DNA of 48,290 nucleotides from Oceanospirillales bacterium LUC14_002_19_P2 (GTDB lineage Bacteria; Pseudomonadota; Gammaproteobacteria; Pseudomonadales; Endozoicomonadaceae): NCBI GenBank assembly GCA_002084115.1, contig MUIA01000174.1, positions 1 to 48,290 of the forward strand, read 5' to 3'. Shown piece by piece: positions 30,106 to 41,100 of this stretch (position 1 is its first letter; each line of letters starts with the position of its first letter). The notes under the pieces were generated by a model. It saw only the letters and a program-made list of their open reading frames with translations, ran no database searches and was not told where the DNA came from. The position numbers and the translations under genes were made by a program.

Positions 30106-30862
30106 CCAGTCCGGAAATACTGTTGGCCATGTTGTCAAACGACTGCCCCAGCATGGCGATTTCATTGTTGCCTGACAGTTCAAGCCGGGCTGACAGGTTA
30201 CCCTTGGAGATCTCTTCAGTGGCCTCCACCACCTGATCAAGCCGCCCAGTCAACGCTCTGGCATACATCATGATGATCAGTACGACCAATCCAATAACCG
30301 TGATGCAGACAAAAACCAAGGCTCTCATCAGGGCTGAGGTTTCAGTTTTGACCAACGCTTCAACCTCTTTGATCAGCGCTTCAAGCTCATGAAGCAGTGC
30401 TTCTTCCTCACCAGCCGTTCTAGCATCAATCTCTCTGAACGCGAGTGGGTCATGACGGTCGAAAGCGGCCAGGGATTCCTGATGGTGAAGTACCAGCGAG
30501 TCATGATGCTCAATGAGCAAATCAATACCCGAAGTATCGACATCAAGACCTGCCAGTATTTCCCTGACATCATTGAAATGTTTAACGGCCAGTGTCTCCA
30601 TATCGTGGAAACGCTTTAGATGAACCTCAAACGCCTTGTCATCATGACCCCGCAGCAGGATGTTTTTCCATTCATCCATTTGAAACGCAAAATCCACTTC
30701 GGATTTTTCCAGTAAGAGATCAGCATGGTTTAAATCCTGAGTCTTTTGATAGAGCCAGATACCTGTACCACCAAGACTTCCCAGTGTGACAATAAAGACG
30801 AGCCCCATAATAATGAAAAGCTGTAACTTGAGCTTCACATTATTCATAAACAGATTAAACAT
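29261..30862 (-). CDS. Second WspA-like MCP with a four-helix-bundle-type sensor
   Basis: TM, Q..EWKNILLRG periplasmic motif, TM, HAMP. Signalling domain nearly identical to the neighbouring MCP. Confidence 0.9.
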   Translation of the reverse strand: MFNLFMNNVKLKLQLFIIMGLVFIVTLGSLGGTGIWLYQKTQDLNHADLLLEKSEVDFAFQMDEWKNILLRGHDDKAFEVHLKRFHDMETLAVKHFNDVREILAGLDVDTSGIDLLIEHHDSLVLHHQESLAAFDRHDPLAFREIDARTAGEEEALLHELEALIKEVEALVKTETSALMRALVFVCITVIGLVVLIIMMYARALTGRLDQVVEATEEISKGNLSARLELSGNNEIAMLGQSFDNMANSISGLVNNVQQSGVQLSSSAVSISATTKEQAASAKEQEATTHEIMATSQHISQTARDLVNNMDEVARAVDETSGLAEQGHGSLTRMSGTVEQMVQASQNISDKLTVLNEKANNINAVVTAINKIADQTNLLSVNAAIEADKAGEYGVGFSTVATEIRRLADQTAVATYDIEEMVKEMQAAVSAGVMGMEKFSDEIRQGVDDTRDVSGQLSLIVEKVQTLAPHFESVHKGMRSQSDGAEQIQEALSQLGETIRNLNDSMRMSNSVVDELNQESDRLQQSVSVFRFDG

Positions 30863-30987
30863 ACAGATTCCCTTCCAATCGAGCGATTTATCCTGCAGAT
30901 CGCATTCCCGAACCGGAAACTTCTCTACCGCAACTAAGTAAAAGCCTAGCCGATTCTGTATCGAAAATTTCCATCGGATGGCTGGAA

Positions 30988-31012
30988 GAAAAGAAAAGAA
31001 AAGAAAAGAAAA
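30988..31012. repeat. Pentanucleotide microsatellite (GAAAA)5 upstream of the wsp operon
   Basis: Five exact GAAAA units, 126-150 bp upstream of the MCP start at 30862. Confidence 0.9.
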
Positions 31013-31182
31013 TTTACATCACTCCCAATGCCTTAAATGAATCAGTCGTTAATTAAATGGCATTGATTTTTGATAAAGGTGGCATTGCCCAAAAAGCGTC
31101 AACTATTTAATACTGTCATTTTCATCACCGATATTCGATTGTCTTATCCACAGCCTCCCTTCTGTTGAATAAATCCGCCGAA

Positions 31183-31464
31183 TTAGCTGCGGTAGAGGAC
31201 TTTGATGATATGGAAGCCAAATCGGGTCTTCACTGGCCCGGTGGGCTTGAGCAGATCAGCGGAAAACACCGCTTTTTCAAAGGAAGCGACCATATCCCCT
31301 TTCCGAAACTCGCCTAGATCACCGCCTCGTCGTTTGGAGGGACAGATCGAGTGTTTTTTGGCTAACAGGCTGAAATCACTTCCCTTTTCAAGCTGCTTGA
31401 GAAGCTCCTGTGCCTGTTTTTCCGTTTTAACCAGAATGTGCATTGCTGCCGCGGTACGTGTCAT
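31183..31464 (-). CDS. ppiC: Parvulin-type peptidyl-prolyl isomerase
   Basis: 93 aa; [31 protein letters not shown]. Confidence 0.95.
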   Translation of the reverse strand: MTRTAAAMHILVKTEKQAQELLKQLEKGSDFSLLAKKHSICPSKRRGGDLGEFRKGDMVASFEKAVFSADLLKPTGPVKTRFGFHIIKVLYRS

Positions 31465-31541
31465 CGTCTCTCGAATACGCGTAAATCAATGAAAATGAAT
31501 TATAAAGTAACCCACATCATCACCGTCAACACGGCTGCCCC

Positions 31542-32366
31542 TTAGACGGGCACAGCCTGACGGATACTGGCAAGGGTGTACACATCAAACCGGCCGGATT
31601 TCCCTTCAAGCCGATAATTTGGCATTTTTCCGGCAAGGTCAGGTGCCAGCCTGGGCCGCTTGACCACCACCCGGAAACGGGCAAGGGCCAGAGCCTGCGT
31701 CAACAGGCCGTCAGCATCGGGGTCCTCGCCGACAAGATCCTGAAATAAACGCATCTCCTTTTTGACCGCCGCCGCCTTGCGACGGTGAGGAAACATGGGA
31801 TCCAGGTAGACAACATCCGGACGATCCGCCATTTCCTTGTCAGCCATGGCTGCCATAACATCCAGGGCGTCACCCGACGCCAGGGTCATTTTCTGCGCGA
31901 TCGCGCTGACCTCAGAGTCATCTGCAGCGCGGCGCAGGCCATCAATCAGCAGAGTCTGTACCACGTCCGAGCGCTCAATCAAGGTCATCCGGCACCCCAG
32001 GGAGGCCAGTACAAAGGCATCGCGCCCCAAACCTGCGGTGGCATCCAACACATGCAGCTGCCGTGTACCGGCATCCGCCAAGCCAACCGCCTTGGCAATA
32101 TCCTGCCCTTTCCCCCCGCCGAAGCGACGACGATGGGCGGCAGAGCCACCAACAAAGTCGACCCTCACCGGCCCAGGCGCGCCCTTTCCTGTCAGCTGGA
32201 GGCCCAGCCCTGCTTCGCTTTCGTAAAGGACGGCATCAAAGGCATCCAGCATTTTGAGCGGCTGATCGTCCACCAGTGGCAAACCCAGCTGATGGGCCAG
32301 ATGGCTCATCCGTTCATATATGCCGGCAGCCGGTGAGGCCATCACCGCCAGCTTCAAGCCACTCAT
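31542..32366 (-). CDS. rsmJ: 16S rRNA m2G1516 methyltransferase
   Basis: [46 protein letters not shown]. Start ATG 32366 overlaps the uppP stop. Confidence 0.93.
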   Translation of the reverse strand: MSGLKLAVMASPAAGIYERMSHLAHQLGLPLVDDQPLKMLDAFDAVLYESEAGLGLQLTGKGAPGPVRVDFVGGSAAHRRRFGGGKGQDIAKAVGLADAGTRQLHVLDATAGLGRDAFVLASLGCRMTLIERSDVVQTLLIDGLRRAADDSEVSAIAQKMTLASGDALDVMAAMADKEMADRPDVVYLDPMFPHRRKAAAVKKEMRLFQDLVGEDPDADGLLTQALALARFRVVVKRPRLAPDLAGKMPNYRLEGKSGRFDVYTLASIRQAVPV

Positions 32367-33166
32367 AGCCAGAGCACACCCAGCAGCACAACCCCAAGCA
32401 GCAGACGGTAAATGACAAAAGGCATCAGACCAATACGATTGATGAAGGCCAGGAAATAGTGAATACACACAAAGGCACTGACCGCTGAGATGGCAATACC
32501 ACTAAACAGAATCCCCCACTCCACGGGAACATCCGCTGACACAAGCTGCAGTATTTTCAGGCTGCCGGCCGCCACGATGACGGGAATTGAGAGAAGAAAC
32601 GAGAACCGGGCCGCCGCATCGCGGGTCAATCCCAGGAACAAGCCAGCAGTCAAGGTGATACCGGAGCGGGAAGTCCCCGGAATCAGGGCAATAGCTTGGG
32701 CAAAGCCAATTATCAGTGCTTGTTTCAGCGTCAATTGTTCAAGGGGCTGCGACAGTTTACCCCGACGATCTGCCCACCCGAGCAAAGCACCGAATATCAG
32801 TGTGGTACCGGCAATCAGGGTTGCTGAGCGCATGGCATCATCCAACCCAGTCACGCTCAGGAAACCGCCAAAGATCACGGCAGGAAAGGTCGCCCAGACC
32901 AGGTACCAGGCCATTCGGCTGTTCTGTGTCGATGGGCCGCCGGTGACACTTTTGCTCCAGTCGACCAGCATCCGGATCAGATCCTGCCGGAAATACGCCA
33001 CCACGGCCAATAGTGTTCCCAGGTGGACTGCCACGTCAAACGCCAGTCCCTGATCCGGCCAGCCCAATAGCTGCGAGGGCAGAATCAGGTGCGCGGAACT
33101 GGAAATCGGTAAAAATTCCGTTAAGCCCTGGATCAGCGCCAGGACAATCAAATGCAATGTTTCCAA
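32363..33166 (-). CDS. uppP: Undecaprenyl-diphosphatase (BacA)
   Basis: [31 protein letters not shown]. Confidence 0.97.
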   Translation of the reverse strand: METLHLIVLALIQGLTEFLPISSSAHLILPSQLLGWPDQGLAFDVAVHLGTLLAVVAYFRQDLIRMLVDWSKSVTGGPSTQNSRMAWYLVWATFPAVIFGGFLSVTGLDDAMRSATLIAGTTLIFGALLGWADRRGKLSQPLEQLTLKQALIIGFAQAIALIPGTSRSGITLTAGLFLGLTRDAAARFSFLLSIPVIVAAGSLKILQLVSADVPVEWGILFSGIAISAVSAFVCIHYFLAFINRIGLMPFVIYRLLLGVVLLGVLWL

Positions 33167-33183
33167 AGCTAAGGCTCCATCAC

Positions 33184-33858
33184 TCAGCGTTCATGCTTCT
33201 TCTTGGCCACATTGTCGCGTAGATATACGGGCAATGCCTGTTCGGCGGTAACGCCTTCCCCACGGGCCAATGCAACCGAGGCCAACAGGGCAATGTCCGC
33301 CGCATGGGGATACTCATCGGGATAACACTGGCTGACGGGAACCGCGATCCGATCCCGGTAAAGCCAGCCAGAGCCAACGCCTACCAGGTTATCCGACATC
33401 GTCTCGACGGCTACCGTCTCCGGAGGGGATACCAGCTCAGTCCCCTGCAACACCATGACGCCATTATCCGCGCAATACAGTGCCTGATAGATTTCATCCA
33501 TACGGGCATCAATCGTCGCCAGAACGTTCTGGGCGCCATATTGACGCAACCCCAGCTGCGCCAGCGCCGCCAGGGTGGATACCGGGATCACCGGGAGGTC
33601 CGCTGCAAACGCCAATCCCTGGGCAATACCTGTGGCAATACGCACCCCGGTGAATGCGCCCGGCCCGCGGCCAAAGGCAATAGCATCCAGCGCCATCATC
33701 GACTGACCGTGCTCAGCCAGAATCGCTTCGATCATGGGCAGTATCTGCTGGCTGTGCTGGCGAGGCAGAATTTCGAAGTGTTCGCGCACTTCACCATCCA
33801 GATAAAGGGCGACGGAACAGGCTTCCGTGGCCGTATCCAGTGCCAGAATCCTGGGCAT
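33184..33858 (-). CDS. tsaB: tRNA threonylcarbamoyladenosine biosynthesis protein TsaB
   Basis: ILALDTATEACSVAL, GRGPGAFTGVRI, DARMDEIY, PVYLR. Confidence 0.96.
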   Translation of the reverse strand: MPRILALDTATEACSVALYLDGEVREHFEILPRQHSQQILPMIEAILAEHGQSMMALDAIAFGRGPGAFTGVRIATGIAQGLAFAADLPVIPVSTLAALAQLGLRQYGAQNVLATIDARMDEIYQALYCADNGVMVLQGTELVSPPETVAVETMSDNLVGVGSGWLYRDRIAVPVSQCYPDEYPHAADIALLASVALARGEGVTAEQALPVYLRDNVAKKKHER

Positions 33859-33992
33859 AATTACACTCACTCCGGGAATAATTGCGGCGGATTATACGTT
33901 GAAAAAACGATCAGGCCGATAAGGGATTAAACAACAAGCAGGTTGGCGTTGATAACGTCGATGACAAACGTATCGACCATGTCAGTAGCAGG

Positions 33993-34026
33993 AAAAAGGC
34001 TGGTCGCAGAGAACACTACGCCAGCC
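33993..34026 (-). terminator. Intrinsic terminator after adk
   Basis: Minus strand reads GGCTGG-CGTAG-loop-CTGCG-A-CCAGCC-TTTTT, just past the adk stop. Confidence 0.75.
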
Positions 34027-34038
34027 CTTTACTCGCAA

Positions 34039-34725
<687 letters not shown>

Positions 34726-35195
34726 TTATCACCTCACCCCCCGTTCTGCCCAAACAGAACCCTCAGTGACAAAAACCACTCAATGGCTTACAACATAACC
34801 GTTGCAAAAGGGGGTAACGATACACAGGACTGAAGAGCAGTACAAGGTAGGGAATATCGGCCAAATGCTGCCAGGAATCGTTATTTTCAAGATCCATATT
34901 CGGGTAAATTTAAATAACTGGCGCAGAGCGCAACCGGCTTTCAAGAAAACAATCTGGCACTAATTGATCTTCAAGTCCCCAATATCACTGTCATTGTTAG
35001 AAAAAATAACATCATTGAAATCGTCACTTACAAATTTTTTCCAAAGCACCCTTTAAGCCTGCAAAGGATACTTTCGGCAGCAGATTAAAGGAACAAATAA
35101 TCAAATAGGGACTCTTACCTACATAGTCATCAAAGGTTGAACCGCTTCACCTTACTGGGAATAACGCTCAACGGGAGAAGTAGAAGAAGTAAATT

Positions 35196-38100
35196 ATGTC
35201 AACACCAGAAGTAATAACAGGCACTGACCTCTTAACACCAACAGATGGTTTAACCACTACAGGTGCAGTGACCAAACAAGTTGAAATGGAAACCGCACCT
35301 TTTGCCAAAAGGCGTGTTTCCAGTATCCGTCAGGTAGTGGCTTTTTTTGCATACCTATTTTCCACCATATGTGCTGCATTCTGGTGGGTTATCGCCGCCA
35401 TAGCGTTGAGATGTCGAATGATTGCCAATATAAATGAGCATGTTGAGTTGCAATTAAATCATGTCAACAACTGTGGTTTATTGCCTTCCAATTACGAGAA
35501 AAAAAGAGAATTTGTCGAAAAGGTTGCCCCTGACACGGTTCCGGCACTTGAACATGTCGATTTGCCAGACTTCAACAACCTGTGCGACGAACTACACGAT
35601 ATTGAGCCCGAAGCAGTTGATACCAGGAGGCTTCCTGCTTTAAATGAGCCACCCACCGACCGGGATGCAGAGCTTGTGCGTATGACGGCTGGCCTGGACC
35701 TTATGACAGGCGATGTCGGACGAAATTTTATTAATAACCTACAACTCAATCCTAACGACGTGAGAATACAAGATACAATGCAACAGTCAGGGTTGAATGC
35801 TGTCGACATTGATCAAATTCCAGCAATTTTCAGACAGTTTAATATAGCAGGCCCAATAGACACTGCTCCCTTTGTTCAGCAAGCAATGCAGCATGCAAGC
35901 CCATCACAGCAAGCCCTCATAATGGGTGCTCAAATGCTTGGGAGGATCCCTCGCCAAATCAAATTGGATGATATTCCGGGAATATTAAGAGGTTTTGGAA
36001 TAACTGGCCCACAGGATTTAAGCAGCTATATTGCAGACTACATTGCATCCTCTGGTTTCAGCCGTGATATCCCCCAAGTTGACGGATTAGATAAATCACT
36101 CGCAACTCTGGACTTTATGATCGAGACCCTTAACTCAGGCACTCTCAGTACTGATTCCCATGCACAAAGATTTCAGGCAAACCTTCGCCGCATGCGTAAT
36201 TATCAGTTCTGGTTTTCAAAACTAAAAACAGTACCAGAAGACGTTTATCACCCGATGAAGAGGGATGTGTTAGCCAAAATCAAGGACGATTTATCTGAGC
36301 ACCATCAGGTATTCATCCCATTCAATAAGGGTCGTGAAATATTACAATTAAGACTGGAAACAGATACACAAGGAAGACAAAGCATTCGAGGAGAACTGAT
36401 TCTTCGCAATGATAATGCGGATGATCATGACCTGATATTTCGCTTAAGGCGAATAGAAGAAGAACGCCTAAGAATAAAAAATATTGTTTTTGGCTCCATT
36501 GATTACAAAGAACTGGCTGAATCCCCCTTTATGGAGCAGCTGCTTGACGGCTGCATTAGAACAACGTGCATTAACCATAGTGACATGATCAGTTTGTGGC
36601 CAGGCGCAATTGACTTTGAAGGTCAAGAACATACCTTTGATAGCGGTGAAAACTCAAACCTGCTGGCCTTGATGGAGGAAAATCTACCCTCACGCCAAAG
36701 GGCAACTGCGAAGTTAATGATGTATCGTAAAATAGTTCACCGTATTGATGATCTTATTGAAGAGATTCCTGAACCATTTAGAAGCCACCTTGAAAATAGT
36801 TTTGCCAACATCCCCGAAGCCAGTGTCTTCTACAAAAAAGTGTTGAGAACCATCGATAAGTATAAAGATCTTGGCATACCAGAGACACTTAAAAACGAAC
36901 TGGCTGAGCTTGTGATTAAACGTGCAAGAATGTTCGCAAAAACAATTGAAACCGAAGTCGCTTTACCTGCGCAGTATCCCAGTAATGATAGGCCAGCCAG
37001 GCATCACATGGTTAACCGCAGTTCAGGTCCTTCACAGCAAAGGATGACGTACGACCCTGTTCGATGGGACAAGTTGCCAGCCTACAGACGTGATCTGAAT
37101 AATAATACTGTTGTGAATTTTATTCGGGACCATTCCGCTGCTGAACAGACTATGGCTCGCCTCTGGGCTAACAAACTGCGTGAACTGACAAATCAACAGG
37201 TACTCGAACACCGCATTGAACAATTACCAGACCCTTCTCATGCATGCTGGAATCCAGAGAACATTGCAGAGAATGCTTATCCTGAACTCATTGATACACT
37301 CATTGATACTTTGACTGAATTTTTCAAGCACAGTTTTTACTCGGCACGTGCAGTAGAAGATCCCTCAACACATGATTCGGTTCTGGCGCTTAAATTGTTC
37401 GCAATTATCGTCAAACTCCAAAACGAGCATGATCAGGCTCACACTGATGAAGCATCAGGTGACCTGGAAGCCCGGGCTATGTTAATACAACATTATGCCA
37501 CAGGCATTTACGATGCCTGTATGAAAACACAAAAATTCCAGCCAGTGCTCTCTGTGGAAGACAGGGTACAGCGAGAGAAAGCCCTGCAAACCCTCAAAAC
37601 CTATGCCATGTTCGACTCTAACGGTCAGCCCGACAAAAAATATTTATTGCTCAGACCAGCAGATGTAAAAAGTCATGTGCAATTAGTTTACGAAGGTGTC
37701 CGATATAACGATTGGTATATAGGAAATATTGAAGCACTCGGTTCAAACACGTCTGATGGCTCTGATTACAACAAGGAGATGGTTATCTTCCAGAGCATGA
37801 TTAAAAAACATATGAATAGAATCCTTCGCACTCACATCATGCCGAAAATAAACCCTTCTAATATGAGCTTTCATGACTATAGGCAAATGATAGATCATCA
37901 ACGTAATAAATCAGTAGCGGATGAAAGACAATGCAGGATTATTTATCACGTTGAAAACAACGACTATGATGCGATTAGTAACGATCCGGAATTAACTTTT
38001 TGGATCATGAAATTAATATATGATGGCAACTTAAGCCGTCGCGGCAGCGTGCATACAACTCACGATAGTATTGACAACCAATTTAACACATATGATTATC

Positions 38101-41100
38101 CTGAAGAGATGAATCGTTTCTTCCGTTTACGGGATCTGCATAATGCAATGCACAATATGTATATGCCTTGTCGTAGGGGACAAATGAGACATCATGAAAC
38201 AGAACGCGTTGATAACACTGAAGCAACCTACACATTTAAGCACGTCAAACCATACTGTAGGGAAAATGAAACTGATGGACAATATTACCTCTCTGCCGGT
38301 TACGGAGAGGGAGACCGCCGAAGGATTGGTGACAGGAAGGACGCGATAACAGAAACCAGAACAGTCATTGAGAAACAATTAGGCCAACCTCAAAATGCCT
38401 TTTTGGTAGGTGCTGATGGTGAATTGGAGCACCCTCTGTGGACTCAGGACAGATACTGGGAAGATGATCAGTTCGCAAAAATCCCACCTGAAGTTATCAC
38501 AAGCTATCGAGAGCAGTTTCAGCATGTTAATGATCTGAGCCACTTTCAAGCGCTCACTTTCCTGGATAAATTCGCACATTTCATGCATCACCCTACCCTT
38601 GCCGCCTTATTCGAAACAACGATGTTCAGTGAAACACTGCCTAATCCTTCTGTTGGTAGGAAAGCTGTCATTGATCTCGTTGTACAAAGTGATGCTGATG
38701 CAACACTCTTTCTTGACATGATGGATCCAATCCTCAGAAAAATGAAAATTAATGAGAGAAGACCACCCAAGAAAAAATATACCGGTAACTATTCATCGCT
38801 CACCAACACGGCAAGACTGAGAACACTAAGAATTCTGGCCGGTGCGATCAACCACATGAGAAATCCCACCACAACACCTTCGCCACTTTCACCACGTGTC
38901 ATTGAAAGGGCTGAAAGACTGCTGACCAAAGTCTGGCGTGAAGAGTTAAACACACTGCCACAATCATTGGAGACTGAAAAAGAGCATTTGCAGCATAACC
39001 ATACGCTTTTAGTGTTGCTCTCAACCTATCCTTATTTACAAACAGAAGATCCCCATAGACTTAAAACAAATGCTGTGAAGGTATTAAACCGAATCCTCAC
39101 CGATAACACATGGAGGATTAATTTTGACGATTATGTCCAGAAATACCGGAGTGCCGAAATAGGCCAATGCGCTAATGATGCGATTTGGGGCTGGCGACTG
39201 CTTGAATCTGACTATTTACGGTTTTCACAGACCGGGCAATTACCGGGAACTGCGAGTACCCAAAGTCAATCTCAAGCTCAGGTTATGGAACAGATAGAAT
39301 TCTCGGTACAAGGAAATCGCTTTATCACCATACCATCATATAAAGTCCCCTCTGTACTTAAAGAGGCATTTACTGATACTAACAGTGAAAAACTGCTGAC
39401 AACTATTACCTTCTGTTGTGATGTCAACGATCCACAGGCAGATAACCGCATTGTTGTGATAGACAATACTCAACAATCCATTATCGGTTCTTTTTATTTA
39501 CGGGGATCTGCTCAAGGTCAATTCCAGAGATGGGAAAGCCTACCTAACCGCAGGCAAACCCTACACCCTGTAGCAATGAAAATATCTGGTGACTATAGCG
39601 ACTTATCGGATTTTGCCACATTGAAGAACAAGGAAAACGTTTCACTTCTGTGGTCTGACCCAAGCAACCGCAATAAGCCTCTGGCAATGAATACACTGAA
39701 TTCAGAGTGGCAGTTCCAGGTTGATACCGACGGGCATTGGTATACAACCAATTATCCCGACTACATCATTACGGATGTCTCTGAGGATTGTATGCACCTT
39801 GTCTCACGGGATAACCCATGTCAGCGGAAAAAGATTATCAAACACAGCGCAGGGTATTACAGCTACGATACCGATAATAAAGGCAATGTTACCGGTTACC
39901 CTGACGGGATAGAGTCAATGCCCAAATATATTGAGCTGATTCTGAGACAAGACAGGCTCAACTTTCATGATATTGACCTTTGCCAGAACATTATTAACCG
40001 CTTGACACAAGGCGGAAATCTGTTGAATAAAGCAACACGTAATGACATCAAAAACTTGTTAGTAGACAAGCAATATGAAGTAAACCCATTTGTATGTACA
40101 CTGTTACTCAAACTCGCTGCAGCCTATCACCACTGCAATCCCCATCATTTGAAAAAGGGCGATCTCGCTCTACCAATCAAGCTGTTATTCAGTCAGTACC
40201 TGAGCATTCGCAAAATGCTGGATGAAGACCGAATGCTTACACATGATGACGAAACGACTCTCATGACAGCCATGCTAAATCATGCGAAAAAGCAGACTGT
40301 CCCTATAAAGGATCGAGAGGAGTCACTAAGTCAGGAGGGTATCTGCTTCCTGATACCAAGAATTATCATTGAACGCTGTCGATATCTGGACCCTACCCTT
40401 CACAGGGAACTAGATAAATGGACAGAAACCATTGGGTTAATGCCTGACTGGACCCGTGGTTCAAAGTGTACAGAAAGATGTTTTATTAAAAAGGACGCAC
40501 ATGCCACTGATCTTGACTGGTACCATAACCTCAGACTGCCGTTCCATGGCATTGATACCAATGCGTTAGTTCACCATGAGAACGATCCAGTACAAATTTA
40601 CAATATGACATCACCGTCGCGTGAACGTTTTACTCTTAATTTTCTTTTTTATTACAAGATTGCCCGAAATACCAGGCATCCAAAACATCAACAGCTCAAA
40701 CAATTTCTTGCCAATATTGAAAGCCAAGATGAGTCAGTCAAAAAGCTGACGCTCTTTTTGCAACTCGTTATGGAAAGGCCCTCCTATTTTAAAGCCTACA
40801 ACAGGGACGGTATCGGTGCTCCACCACGCCCTGAAGCGTTTGGACTACCCGCTGATTATGATGACACGCTGGATCCTTATCTTGAGCATGGCTGGAGTAG
40901 ATACTCACAGAGACTTTCCAAAAGAGAGAAGAATTATCTGAGGGAAAAGGAGTTTCACCCTCACAAACAAACGCTTCAAGGGCAGTTATCCTGGTATTAC
41001 TGGAATGCCTATTGGCAAAATAGCTGGAAATTGGATGCTCAAATGAGGCTCAAGACATTTGATCGCAGAAGCCGATTACTGAGTAAGAGCACACTCTATC

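Noticed and set aside
32367..32468. N-terminal extension of RsmJ in the ORF track
   Set aside because: Lies within uppP; ATG 32366 overlapping the uppP stop is the natural start.
33896..33922. GCCGATAA, a sigma28 -10-like box on the plus strand
   Set aside because: No properly spaced TAAA -35 and no plus-strand gene downstream.
37286..37309. 12-bp tandem duplication ACTCATTGATAC x2 in the giant ORF
   Set aside because: Real but only two in-frame copies (LIDT x2); no evident functional meaning.
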